Origin: a bacterium HR34
GTDB lineage: Bacteria; Patescibacteriota; Minisyncoccia; Minisyncoccales; HRBIN34
Assembly (NCBI GenBank): GCA_002923395.1
Contig: BEIK01000003.1
Span: 2,337 to 66,336 of the forward strand
Length of the DNA: 64,000 bases
Direction of reading: 5' to 3'
Below are positions 9,213 through 18,819 of this stretch, piece after piece; position 1 is the stretch's first letter, and the number at the start of each line of letters is the position of its first letter. The translations under genes and the position numbers were made by a program. The notes beneath the pieces are model-generated. The model was not told the DNA's origin. It did not search any database and was given only the letters and a program-made list of their open reading frames with translations.

Positions 9213-10145
9213 ATGCTTCCATTACCGTCAGAACCAAAATTAATAAAGCAAGAAGGTAACAAAGCAGTTTTTGAAATTGAGGGGTTATATCCTGGATATG
9301 GAATAACTCTAGGTAATTCTTTAAGAAGAGTTTTACTATCTTCTTTGGTTGGCTCTTCTATAACGCAGGTTAAAATAGAAGGGGTGGCGCACGAATTTTC
9401 TACAATACCGGGTGTTTATGAAGATGTTGTAAATATAATATTAAATCTTAAGCAATTGAGGTTTAAGCTTCACGGCGACGAGCCTCAAAAAGCATACTTA
9501 AAAGTAAAAGGCGAGAAAGAAGTTAAAGGAGGAGATTTTGAATGTCCATCACAGTTAGAAGTTATTAACAAAGATCATCACATAGCAACTTTAACGTCAA
9601 AATCGGCATCTTTGAATTTAGAAGTTTTGGTTGAAAAAGGAATAGGTTATCAGCCTGTTGAGTTGAGGAAAAAAGAAAAAAAAGAAATCGGTGTTATTTA
9701 TGTAGACGCTATATTTACCCCTGTTAGAAAAGTTGCCTATAAAATAGAAAATATGAGGGTTGGCGAAAGGACAGATTTCGACAGATTATTTATAGAAATT
9801 GAAACGGATGGTTCTATAACTCCACAAGAAGCTTTAGCCCAAGCATGTTCTATATTAATAGATCACTTTGATTTAATAAAAAGAGAATTCGAGAGTAAAG
9901 AGGAGGAAAACAAAACAAAAGAGGAAAAAACAGAAGCAGAAGAAGATATTTTGCGAATTCCAATTGAGGAACTCAATTTATCAACAAGAACAATAAACGC
10001 TTTAACCAGCAATAGAATTAGAACTTTGGGAGGTTTGATTAGGAAAGACAAGGAGTCTTTAATGGCAATAGAAGGGATAGGAGAAAAAGCAATAGAAGAA
10101 ATAAATAAGGCAATTAAAAAATACGGTTTAAAGATAAAAGAATAA
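9213..10145 (+). CDS. rpoA: DNA-directed RNA polymerase alpha subunit
   Basis: The N-terminal domain has PGYG.TLGN.LRR.LLSS. The C-terminal domain has IEELNLS.RT.N.L......T.G.L. Confidence 0.95.
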   Translation: MLPLPSEPKLIKQEGNKAVFEIEGLYPGYGITLGNSLRRVLLSSLVGSSITQVKIEGVAHEFSTIPGVYEDVVNIILNLKQLRFKLHGDEPQKAYLKVKGEKEVKGGDFECPSQLEVINKDHHIATLTSKSASLNLEVLVEKGIGYQPVELRKKEKKEIGVIYVDAIFTPVRKVAYKIENMRVGERTDFDRLFIEIETDGSITPQEALAQACSILIDHFDLIKREFESKEEENKTKEEKTEAEEDILRIPIEELNLSTRTINALTSNRIRTLGGLIRKDKESLMAIEGIGEKAIEEINKAIKKYGLKIKE

Positions 10146-10149
10146 ACTT

Positions 10150-10509
10150 ATGCGAAAGAAGGTAGTTGGCAGAAAATTTCACAGGAAAACAGATGTTAGA
10201 AAGGCATTTTTAAGAAGCCTTGCAAGAAGTTTAATTTTACATGAAAAAATAAAAACAACAGAAGCAAGAGCAAAAGAGGTTGCAAGATTCGTTCAAAAAT
10301 ACATTACAAAAGCAAAAAAAGGAGATTTACGCTCAATCAGGCAAATAGCAAGCGATTTTTACAATGACAGAGAGTTGGTTAAAAAATTAGTTCAAGATAT
10401 TGGCAAAAGATTTCAAAATAGGAAAGGCGGCTATACAAGAGTTATAAAGTTAGGGCAAAGAAAATCAGACGGAGCAAAAATGGTAATAGTAGAATTATTA
10501 AAAGAATAA
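10150..10509 (+). CDS. rplQ: ribosomal protein L17
   Basis: L.RSLA.SLI.HE.I.TT.ARAKE...FV.K.IT.AK and GGYTR..KLG.R..DGA.M. Confidence 0.9.
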   Translation: MRKKVVGRKFHRKTDVRKAFLRSLARSLILHEKIKTTEARAKEVARFVQKYITKAKKGDLRSIRQIASDFYNDRELVKKLVQDIGKRFQNRKGGYTRVIKLGQRKSDGAKMVIVELLKE

Positions 10510-10510
10510 T

Positions 10511-10882
10511 ATGGCAGAAAAAACTGACAAAAAAGACGAAGGAAAAGTTTATACAATAGATGTTGCGGGAAAAGTTTTGGGTAGAGTTGCTACTCAAATA
10601 GCAACAATTTTAAGAGGTAAACACTTACCAAGTTTTAGGAATTATAAAGACAGCGGCATTACAGTTGTTGTTAAGAATGTTGATAAAATTAAGGTAACAG
10701 GCAAGAAAATGGAACAAAAAAAATATTATAGCTATTCTGGTTATATTGGAGGTTTAAAAGAAAGAGTTATGAAAGACATTTTTGAAAAAGATCCAAAACA
10801 AATTTTAATAAAAGCAGTTTATGGAATGTTGCCCAAAAATAAATTAAGAAGACAGCAAATTAAAAGATTAAAGTTTGAATAA
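10511..10882 (+). CDS. rplM: ribosomal protein L13
   Basis: GRVAT.IA..LRGKH.P.F and Y..YSGY.GG.K and V.GMLPKN.L. Confidence 0.9.
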   Translation: MAEKTDKKDEGKVYTIDVAGKVLGRVATQIATILRGKHLPSFRNYKDSGITVVVKNVDKIKVTGKKMEQKKYYSYSGYIGGLKERVMKDIFEKDPKQILIKAVYGMLPKNKLRRQQIKRLKFE

Positions 10883-10884
10883 AT

Positions 10885-11337
10885 ATGCCAGATGCCAAAA
10901 CAACAAAAAAAGGAAAGAGAGGGACGAGAAAAAGAACATCAAATAAATACATAGAGGCTGTAGGTAGAAGAAAGGAAGCCACAGCAATTGTTAGATTATA
11001 TGAAGGCCAAAAAGGAAGTCTTGAGTTTATTGTAAACAATAAAAAATATAATGAATACTTTCCTGTGTTAGACCAGCAAAAAACAGTAATCAAACCTTTG
11101 GGAGTTATCAATAAACTCGACGGCTTTAAAATTTCAGTTTTAACAAGAGGGGGAGGATTATCAGGGCAGGCGGGTGCTGTTTGTCATGGTTTGGCAAGGG
11201 CACTGGTGAAATATAATCCTGATTTAAAACCTGTTTTGAAAGCAGAGGGATTGCTTACAAGAGACCCGAGAACGGTAGAGAGAAAGAAATATGGGCTAAA
11301 GAAAGCAAGAAGGGCTCCTCAGTGGTCGAAGAGATAA
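10885..11337 (+). CDS. rpsI: ribosomal protein S9 (basic N-terminal extension)
   Basis: GRRKEA.A.VRL..G and GGG.SGQAGA..HG.ARAL and the C-terminus RD.R.VERKKYGLKKARRAPQ.SKR. Confidence 0.9.
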   Translation: MPDAKTTKKGKRGTRKRTSNKYIEAVGRRKEATAIVRLYEGQKGSLEFIVNNKKYNEYFPVLDQQKTVIKPLGVINKLDGFKISVLTRGGGLSGQAGAVCHGLARALVKYNPDLKPVLKAEGLLTRDPRTVERKKYGLKKARRAPQWSKR

Positions 11338-11359
11338 AAATTTCTTTGTTCTGATTTTG

Positions 11360-11387
11360 CTGTCAGACGTTTTGTCTGGCAGTTTTT
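11360..11387 (+). terminator. intrinsic terminator after rpsI
   Basis: The 9-bp stem CTGTCAGAC/GTCTGGCAG (one G-U) has a 5-nt loop and is followed by TTTTT. Confidence 0.7.
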
Positions 11388-11431
11388 AATTTTTTGTTGT
11401 AGAATTTATTAAATAGAAAAAAACGAAAAGT

Positions 11432-11926
11432 ATGCTAAATAAAAAGAAAACTAAAAACACAAACAAAAAAACAACTAAAAAGGCAAGAAAAACAAAAGCA
11501 GAAAAAGAAAGAGAAGAGACTGATATTCAAAAAATTGTTAATCATTATTTTTTTACAAAAGGTTTGACGCTTGAGCAAATTAAAGAAGACGCCAAAAAGA
11601 AAAAAATAATCTATTCAAGATTCACGAGACCTGCCAAACAACTTTTAGAATTGGCTGGATCTGTTGAGAAGGCAATAGAAGCAATAGACAAAGTTGCTGC
11701 ATGGGCAAAATCAAGAAATTTAGATTATGCAATAGAAACTGCTTTCAAAAAATGGCTGGAACTGGATAGGTTGAAACCAAAAGAAGTTGTCAAAAAACCG
11801 TTTTATAATAATATGCCAATGGTTTGGTCTGAAACAAAGAAAAAGTGGTATGTTATTGACGAGAACGGCGAATGGCTTGAGTTTGTTGGAAAAGAAGAAG
11901 ATATAGAATGGCGTGAAATAAAATAA
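11432..11926 (+). CDS. hypothetical protein with a Lys/Thr-rich N-terminal tail
   Basis: 164-aa ORF. The N-terminus is MLNKKKTKNTNKKTTKKARKTKAEKE, followed by a helical region. I recognise no family motif. Confidence 0.55.
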   Translation: MLNKKKTKNTNKKTTKKARKTKAEKEREETDIQKIVNHYFFTKGLTLEQIKEDAKKKKIIYSRFTRPAKQLLELAGSVEKAIEAIDKVAAWAKSRNLDYAIETAFKKWLELDRLKPKEVVKKPFYNNMPMVWSETKKKWYVIDENGEWLEFVGKEEDIEWREIK

Positions 11927-11930
11927 AAAT

Positions 11931-12500
11931 ATGAAAACAAAAAGATTATTTACAGCAATTACTTTGCCAGACAATATAAAAGATGAAATTTTAAAACAGA
12001 GCGAAAAATATAAAGATTTGCCGGGAAAGTTTGTAAAAAGAGAAGATTTACACATAACTTTGCTTTTTATGGGAAACGTAAAAGAAAGTGATATTGATAA
12101 TGTTAAAACAAGTTTAAATGAAGTGCAAAAGTATGTTCAAAGTTTTAATGTTTCTCTTGCAAAAATAGACTTTGCTCCTCCAGGTTCAAGAATTCCAAGA
12201 ATGATATGGGTTTATGTTGAAAATAATAATAATCTTCAAAAATTGCATGATTCCATTGTTAATGAGTTAGATAAAAACAAAATACCCTATTACAAAGAAG
12301 ATAGGGAATATTACCCACACATTAACTTGGCAAGATTGAAAACATTTGAATTAAGAAATTTCACAGAGGAAGAAATTTTTTCTTATGAATCTGTTGACAT
12401 ATATTTGTCTTTTGAGGTAAAAGATTTTTCTCTGATTGAAAGCAAACTAACGAGGCAAGGCCCCATTTATAAAACAATTCACAAAGTTAACTTATATTAA
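11931..12500 (+). CDS. thpR: RNA 2',3'-cyclic phosphodiesterase / 2'-5' RNA ligase family (2H phosphoesterase)
   Basis: Two H-x-T/S-x motifs at the right spacing: LHITLLF and PHINLAR. Size is about 189 aa. Confidence 0.7.
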   Translation: MKTKRLFTAITLPDNIKDEILKQSEKYKDLPGKFVKREDLHITLLFMGNVKESDIDNVKTSLNEVQKYVQSFNVSLAKIDFAPPGSRIPRMIWVYVENNNNLQKLHDSIVNELDKNKIPYYKEDREYYPHINLARLKTFELRNFTEEEIFSYESVDIYLSFEVKDFSLIESKLTRQGPIYKTIHKVNLY

Positions 12501-12507
12501 AAATTAT

Positions 12508-13842
12508 ATGAAAAAAGCTTACATAATTGGTATAGGAGGAATAGGAGCTTCGGCGGTTGCCAAATATCTTTTGCATCGCGGTTGGCAGGTTGAGGGTTCT
12601 GATATGTCAAAGAGCGAGATAACAGAAAATTTAGAAAAAATTGGCGTAAAAGTAAAAATACCCCAAAAAAAAGAAAATGTTCCAGAGGATGTCGACTTGA
12701 TTATTAAAAACCCTGCCATTACAGAGAAAAATGTGGAGTTACAGAGAGCATTAGAGATACAGAAGAAAAAAAACATAAAAATAAAAAATTGGCAAGAGGT
12801 TTTATCTGATGTTTCAAAAGAAAAATTTACTCTAGCAGTGTGCGGAACTCATGGAAAAAGTACCACCACAAGTATGCTGTCCATTATGATGGTAAAAACA
12901 AAACTTGATCCAACCTGCATAATTGGCACAAATATAAAAGAATTTGGCAACACAAACTTTAGGTCTGGCAAATCTAATTATTTTGTAATAGAAGCAGATG
13001 AATACGAAGGTAATTTTTTAAACTATTGGCCAAATGTTGTTATCTTAACAAGCATAGACAAAGACCACCTTGATTATTTTAAAAATTTAAGAAATATATT
13101 TTCGAATTTTGAAAAATTTATTTTAAAACTTCCGAAAAATGGCGTTTTGATTTGCAACAAAGATAGTGAAAATGTTATGAAACTCGCTAATAGAATAAAA
13201 AAGAAAAGAAAGGATATAAAAATAATTTATTATTCCTTAAAGGATAAAGATTCCAAAAAAATTAAAAAAGTTTTGAAAGTGCCAGGTTCTCATAATGTTT
13301 CAAACGCTTTGGCTGTTTTTAAGGTAGGAAAGGTTTTAGGGTTAAAAGAAAAAGATATTTTGAAAAGTTTGTCGGTTTTCAAGGGTGTGTGGAGAAGGTT
13401 TGATATAAGAAAAATAAACAGCAAAAATTTTGGGAAAATTACCATTGTTCATGATTACGCGCACAATCCTCAAAAAGTAAAAGCAGCGATTCAAGGCGTT
13501 TTTGAAAAATGGCCTAATAAAAGAATATGGATAGTTTTTCAGCCTCACCAAAGGCAGAGAACATATTATTTATTTAACGATTTTATTAAAGCATTAAAAG
13601 AGGTTGAAAATTTAATTCTTACTGAAATTTATGATGTTCCGGGCCGTGAAGTTGATAAAATTTCAGCGCACATTTCTTCCAAGCACTTGTATGAAAAATT
13701 AAAAAAATACACAGATAAAATTTGGTTTGTCAAAGATTATAAAGATGTTCCAAAGTTTTTAAAAGACAAATTTAACAAAAAAAGTGATATAATTTTAATA
13801 ATGGGGGCAGGCGATATTTACGAATTAGAGAAATACTTATAA
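12508..13842 (+). CDS. murC: UDP-N-acetylmuramate--L-alanine ligase
   Basis: GIGGIGASAVA N-terminal Rossmann-like motif, Mur ligase P-loop CGTHGKSTTTSM, IEADEYE, DYAHNP. Confidence 0.9.
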   Translation: MKKAYIIGIGGIGASAVAKYLLHRGWQVEGSDMSKSEITENLEKIGVKVKIPQKKENVPEDVDLIIKNPAITEKNVELQRALEIQKKKNIKIKNWQEVLSDVSKEKFTLAVCGTHGKSTTTSMLSIMMVKTKLDPTCIIGTNIKEFGNTNFRSGKSNYFVIEADEYEGNFLNYWPNVVILTSIDKDHLDYFKNLRNIFSNFEKFILKLPKNGVLICNKDSENVMKLANRIKKKRKDIKIIYYSLKDKDSKKIKKVLKVPGSHNVSNALAVFKVGKVLGLKEKDILKSLSVFKGVWRRFDIRKINSKNFGKITIVHDYAHNPQKVKAAIQGVFEKWPNKRIWIVFQPHQRQRTYYLFNDFIKALKEVENLILTEIYDVPGREVDKISAHISSKHLYEKLKKYTDKIWFVKDYKDVPKFLKDKFNKKSDIILIMGAGDIYELEKYL

Positions 13843-13845
13843 AAT

Positions 13846-15063
13846 ATGCCAAAAAAAGATAACAAAAAAATTTTATTCTTTGTAATAGACGGTTTGGCAG
13901 ATGATAAAATTTTAGAATTAAATAACAGGACGCCTTTGCAGGCAGCCGATACTCCTGCTTTTGATAATTTAGCGCAAAATGGTTTGTGTGGTTTGGTAAA
14001 GCCTTATTTGCTGCCAACAGAAAAACTTCCAAATTCCGATGTGTGTCATTTGGCTTTGTTTGGTTATGATCCAAAAAAGTATTATCTTGGAAGAGGAGTT
14101 TATGAGGCTGTTGGCGCTGGAATAAAATTGAAAAAAGGAGATATTGCTTTAAGAATGAATTTTGCAACTGTTAATGAAAATATGGAAATTATAGACAGAA
14201 GAGCGCAAAGAATAGATAAAACAGAAGGTTTGTTTAAGAGTTTAGAAAAAATAAAAATTAAAGGAGCAAAAATTATTCTTAAAAAAACTTACGGCCACAG
14301 GGGAGTTTTGGTTTTGAGGTCGTCAAGAGGAGTTAAACTTTCACATCACATAACGGGGAATGATAACAAAAAATTAAATGTTAAGGTTCAGGAAATTAAA
14401 CCAACAGATAATAAAAAAGAGTCATTAACAACGGCAAATATATTAAATGAATTTTTAGAAAAAGCGCACGAAGTTTTGAAAAACCATGTTGTTAACAGAA
14501 AAAGAGAAAAAGAAGGAATGTTTCCTGCAAATTATATTTTGGTTAGGGGAGCGGGAATTATTAAAAAACAAAAGTCTTTTTATGAAAAATACAAACTAAA
14601 AGCTTGTTGTGTTGCAGGCGGTAATTTGTATAGAGGGATAGCAAAGTTTTTGGGAATGGATTTAATAAGTGTAAAGGGAGCGAACGGTCTTCCCAATACC
14701 AACTTGCGAGGAAAATTTAAAGCAGTTAAAAATTCATTGGAAAAATATGATTTTGTTTTCTTGCACATAAAAGCGCCGGATAGCTTTGCTGAAGATGGCG
14801 ATTTCATTTCCAAAAGAAAGTTCATAGAAAAAATAGACAAAGAATTTTCTTACATACTGCCTTTGCCCAACACAAAAATAATTGTTACAGGAGATCATGC
14901 AACTTGCTCTAAAATTAAAAGCCATTGCCTAAATTATGTTCCTCTTCTTTTTTACAACGGTGTTGATAAAGATGACGTGAGAAAGTTTTACGAAGAGGCC
15001 TGTTCTCAGGGGAAACTTGGTTTAATGAATCAATTAGATGTAATAAAGTTAGTTTTGAAATAA
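13846..15063 (+). CDS. apgM: cofactor-independent phosphoglycerate mutase, archaeal type (metalloenzyme superfamily)
   Basis: ILFFVIDGLAD metal-binding start, PNSDV.HLALFGYDP, the C-terminal TGDHATCS motif and FLHIKAPD. Length is about 405 aa. Confidence 0.7.
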   Translation: MPKKDNKKILFFVIDGLADDKILELNNRTPLQAADTPAFDNLAQNGLCGLVKPYLLPTEKLPNSDVCHLALFGYDPKKYYLGRGVYEAVGAGIKLKKGDIALRMNFATVNENMEIIDRRAQRIDKTEGLFKSLEKIKIKGAKIILKKTYGHRGVLVLRSSRGVKLSHHITGNDNKKLNVKVQEIKPTDNKKESLTTANILNEFLEKAHEVLKNHVVNRKREKEGMFPANYILVRGAGIIKKQKSFYEKYKLKACCVAGGNLYRGIAKFLGMDLISVKGANGLPNTNLRGKFKAVKNSLEKYDFVFLHIKAPDSFAEDGDFISKRKFIEKIDKEFSYILPLPNTKIIVTGDHATCSKIKSHCLNYVPLLFYNGVDKDDVRKFYEEACSQGKLGLMNQLDVIKLVLK

Positions 15064-15066
15064 TTT

Positions 15067-16023
15067 ATGGCATTTGAGAATTTTAATGTTAAAGAAAATT
15101 ATCCCGGTAAGAATTTAACAACTATAAAAGTGGGCGGTCCTATTAGATATTTTTTTGAAGCAAAAACAAAAGAAGATTTGTTGGAAGTTTTAAAAGAAGC
15201 AAAAAGGAATAAAATAAAATTTTATATAATCGGCTCTGGCAGTAATTTATTAATAAAAGATGAAGGCTTTGATGGTCTTTTAATAAAAATTTTATTTAAT
15301 AACATTAATTTTCTTGACGATAAAAAAGTTTTTACTGATGCGGGCGTTTTTTTTTCTAAATTAGTTGATGAACTTGCAAAAAAAGGAATATATTTAAAGT
15401 TTGCTTTAGGAATACCGGGAACAATTGGAGGGGCTGTTTATGGAAATTCTGGAGGGCAAACAGAATGGATAGGAGATTTTGTTGAAAAAGTTTTTGTTAT
15501 TGACACAAATGATTTTCAAGAAAAAATCTTAACTAAAGAAGAATGCAATTTCTCTTATAGAAAAAGTATTTTTCACGAGAAAAAACATCTTATAATTACA
15601 GGCGCTTTGTTTAATTTTGAAAATTGCAATTATAAAAAAGATGAGTTTTTGGATTTTTTAAAATACAGAAGGCAAACGCAACCTTTGTCAGAGCCTTCTT
15701 TTGGCAGCACTTTTCGTGGCGTTAGCGTTGATAAATTACCAAAAGATGTTTTAGAAAACATAGTAGAACAATTCCCAGAAGAAAAAAATAAAATAAATGA
15801 ATTTTTTGAAAAAGGAATAGTGCCGGCTGGATGGATGATCGAAAAGTGTGGTTTGAAAAATTTTCAAATAGGAGGAGCGAAATTTTCAGAAAAGCATTCT
15901 AATTTTATTGTTAATGTTGGCAACGCAAATTTTAACGATGTCATTTCTTTAATAAATCTTGCAAAACAAAAAGCAAAAGAAAAATTTAACATAGATTTAG
16001 AAACAGAAGTTCAAATTATTTGA
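15067..16023 (+). CDS. murB: UDP-N-acetylenolpyruvoylglucosamine reductase
   Basis: TT.KVGGP..YF, IGSGSNLL, GIPGTIGGAVYGN.G, SYR.S.F and GSTFR. Ends with TGA. Confidence 0.85.
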   Translation: MAFENFNVKENYPGKNLTTIKVGGPIRYFFEAKTKEDLLEVLKEAKRNKIKFYIIGSGSNLLIKDEGFDGLLIKILFNNINFLDDKKVFTDAGVFFSKLVDELAKKGIYLKFALGIPGTIGGAVYGNSGGQTEWIGDFVEKVFVIDTNDFQEKILTKEECNFSYRKSIFHEKKHLIITGALFNFENCNYKKDEFLDFLKYRRQTQPLSEPSFGSTFRGVSVDKLPKDVLENIVEQFPEEKNKINEFFEKGIVPAGWMIEKCGLKNFQIGGAKFSEKHSNFIVNVGNANFNDVISLINLAKQKAKEKFNIDLETEVQII

Positions 16024-16188
16024 TTTTTTTTTATCTCTCTCGTTTAAAATTTTTTATTTTTTGTTTTGTACAAAAAATTTTTTTATAAAAACTATTGACA
16101 ATAATTTTCATCGTGAAAAAATTAAATAAAGATAAAAATTTTTAAAAGTTAAAGGTCGACATTAAAAGAAATTTAAAATATTAAAATT

Positions 16189-16278
16189 GTGGCAACAAAG
16201 AAAAAAACAACAAAAAAGAGTACAAAGAAAACAGCAAAGAAAAGCACAAAGAAAAAGACAACAAGAAAGAAAAAATAA
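16189..16278 (+). CDS. possible 29-codon Lys/Thr-rich micro-ORF (or leader peptide) upstream of secA
   Basis: The GTG-initiated frame gives VATKKKTTKKSTKKTAKKSTKKKTTRKKK (15 of 29 codons are Lys). A TTGACA box lies at 16095-16100 upstream and a strong terminator lies immediately downstream. There is no clear Shine-Dalgarno sequence. Confidence 0.2.
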   Translation: MATKKKTTKKSTKKTAKKSTKKKTTRKKK

Positions 16279-16295
16279 TTTTGTGAAAGTACTTG

Positions 16296-16322
16296 CCCCG
16301 ACATAAAAGTCGGGGGTTTTTT
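16296..16322 (+). terminator. intrinsic terminator/attenuator about 45 nt upstream of secA
   Basis: The stem CCCCGAC/GTCGGGG has loop ATAAAA and is followed by TTTTTT. The same stem sequence recurs at 50896-50914. Confidence 0.7.
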
Positions 16323-16371
16323 ATTTTTGCAAAAGTGGTATAATAGAAATCATTAAAAGAAACGAAAAATT

Positions 16372-18816
16372 ATGTCTTTTTTATCCAAAATATTTGGAGA
16401 TCCTAATGAGAAATATATAAAAGAAAAAAGAAAGGTTGTTGAAAAAATAAATGCTTTGGAAAAAGAAGTATCGCAGTTGAAAGATGAGCAGTTTAAAGAG
16501 AAAACTTTGCAACTAAAAGAGAGGTATCAAAAAGGAGAAAGTTTAGACGATTTACTCGTTGAGGCTTTTGCATTGGTAAGAGAAGCTGCAAAAAGAACTT
16601 TAAATCAAAGGCATTTTGATGTTCAGTTAATAGGTGGAATGGTTTTGCACGAGGGTAAAATAGCCGAAATGAAAACCGGAGAGGGAAAAACATTAACCGC
16701 CACCTTACCTTTATATCTGAATGCTTTAACAGGAAAAGGATGCCATTTAGTTACTGTTAATGATTACTTGGCAAAAAGAGATACTGTTTGGATGGGACAA
16801 ATTTTTGATTTTTTAGGGTTAAGTGTTGGTTGTATAGTTCATGAGCAATCTTTTTTATATTCTACATGGCCAGATGGCATTGATACAAAAAGAGATGTGG
16901 AGGGTTCTTTCAAAGTCTTTGAGCAATACTTAAAACCTGTTAGCAGAAAAGAGGCTTATTTGGCTGATATAACTTATGGCACAAACAACGAGTTCGCCTT
17001 TGATTATCTAAAAGACAATATGGTTTACGACGCTTCTATGAGAGTTCAAAGAGGTTTTCATTACGCTATTATTGATGAAGTTGATTCTATTTTAATAGAT
17101 GAAGCAAGAACACCTTTGATAATTTCAGCACCAGACGAAGAGTCGTCAAAACTTTATAAAGAATTTGTAAATGTTGTTTCCCAACTTGAAAAAGACAAAC
17201 ATTATATAATTGAAGAAAAATTTAAATCAGTAACTCTAACAGATGAAGGCATAAAAAAAGTAGAAGAAATTTTAGGTTTGGGAAACATCTATGAGGAGAA
17301 GGGGATAAGATTTGTTCATCACTTGCAAGAAGCCTTAAAAGCCCATGTTCTTTTTAAAAGGGACAGGGATTATGTTGTTAAAGATGGTGAAGTTATAATT
17401 GTTGATGAATTTACAGGAAGATTATTGCCAGGTAGAAGATATTCAGGAGGATTGCATCAGGCAATAGAAGCAAAAGAAGGAGTTGAAGTAAAACCAGAAT
17501 CAATTACTCTGGCGTCTATTACTTTTCAAAACTTTTTTAAGATGTACGAAAAATTAGCCGGAATGACAGGGACGGCAGCAACTTCAGCAGAAGAGTTTGA
17601 TAAGGTTTACAATCTTGAAGTTGTTGTTGTTCCAACAAATAAACCAATGATAAGAAAAGATTTGTCTGATGTAATATTTAAAACTGAAATTGGAAAATTC
17701 AAGGCAGTTGTTAAAAAAGTAAAAGAACTACACCAACTTGGCAGACCTGTTTTGGTTGGGACCACTTCAATTGAAAAAAATGAACTTTTGAGTGCTATGC
17801 TTCAAAGAGAAGGTATTCCTCATAATGTTTTAAATGCTAAAAATCATGAAAGAGAAGGGGAAATAATAGCGCAAGCAGGAAGACTTGGTGCTGTAACAGT
17901 CGCCACCAATATGGCAGGACGTGGTGTTGATATTATTTTAGGAGGTAACCCTCCGGATGAAGAGGAAGCAAAAAAAGTAAGGGAGTTGGGGGGACTTTTT
18001 GTTTTAGGAACTGAAAGGCATGAAGCAAGAAGAATAGATAATCAGTTAAGAGGAAGGTCAGGAAGGCAGGGAGATCCCGGAGAAACTCAATTTTATTTGT
18101 CTTTAGAAGATGATTTGTTAAGAATTTTTGGAGGCGAAAGAGCGCAGGCCTTGTTTAATACTTTAAATATAAAAGAAGACGAACCCATAGAATCTTCTTT
18201 GGTCTCAAAAATTGTAGAGTCTGCTCAAAAGAAAATAGAAGCAATGAACCTTGATTTAAGAAAGCACCTTTTAGAATTTGACGAAGTTTTAAATAAACAT
18301 AGGCAGGCATTTTACAGGAAAAGAGAGGAAATTTTACTTGCAGATAATGAAAAAATGAAAGATATAACTTATTCCATATTAGAAAAACAGGGTATTAATT
18401 TAGAAAATTACAAGAAAAAAGAAAAAGAGTTGGGCGGTGAAGAATTAAGAAGAATTGAAAAGTTCACTGCCTTGAGAATACTTGATATTTTGTGGGCAGA
18501 TCACTTGGAGAATATGGAGTATTTAAGACAATCTGTAAACTTGAGGGCATATGGACAAAAAGATCCTTTGGTTGAGTACAAAACAGAAGGGCACAGAATG
18601 TTTAAAGACTTTTTTGATGTTTTTGAAAATTATTTTGCCCAGACAGTTATTAAAGTTGAAAAAGTTAAAACACCTGAAGATAAAACAGTAGAGGGCAGAG
18701 GAGATACAACAATAAAAAGTCAATTTGTGAGCAATGCCAATGTTAGGAAAGTTGGCAGAAATGATCCTTGTCCTTGCGGCTCTGGAAAGAAGTACAAAAA
18801 ATGCCATGGGAAATAA
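16372..18816 (+). CDS. secA: preprotein translocase ATPase SecA
   Basis: MKTGEGKTL Walker [28 protein letters not shown] and the C-terminal Zn finger [14 protein letters not shown]. Confidence 0.97.
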   Translation: MSFLSKIFGDPNEKYIKEKRKVVEKINALEKEVSQLKDEQFKEKTLQLKERYQKGESLDDLLVEAFALVREAAKRTLNQRHFDVQLIGGMVLHEGKIAEMKTGEGKTLTATLPLYLNALTGKGCHLVTVNDYLAKRDTVWMGQIFDFLGLSVGCIVHEQSFLYSTWPDGIDTKRDVEGSFKVFEQYLKPVSRKEAYLADITYGTNNEFAFDYLKDNMVYDASMRVQRGFHYAIIDEVDSILIDEARTPLIISAPDEESSKLYKEFVNVVSQLEKDKHYIIEEKFKSVTLTDEGIKKVEEILGLGNIYEEKGIRFVHHLQEALKAHVLFKRDRDYVVKDGEVIIVDEFTGRLLPGRRYSGGLHQAIEAKEGVEVKPESITLASITFQNFFKMYEKLAGMTGTAATSAEEFDKVYNLEVVVVPTNKPMIRKDLSDVIFKTEIGKFKAVVKKVKELHQLGRPVLVGTTSIEKNELLSAMLQREGIPHNVLNAKNHEREGEIIAQAGRLGAVTVATNMAGRGVDIILGGNPPDEEEAKKVRELGGLFVLGTERHEARRIDNQLRGRSGRQGDPGETQFYLSLEDDLLRIFGGERAQALFNTLNIKEDEPIESSLVSKIVESAQKKIEAMNLDLRKHLLEFDEVLNKHRQAFYRKREEILLADNEKMKDITYSILEKQGINLENYKKKEKELGGEELRRIEKFTALRILDILWADHLENMEYLRQSVNLRAYGQKDPLVEYKTEGHRMFKDFFDVFENYFAQTVIKVEKVKTPEDKTVEGRGDTTIKSQFVSNANVRKVGRNDPCPCGSGKKYKKCHGK

Positions 18817-18819
18817 AAT

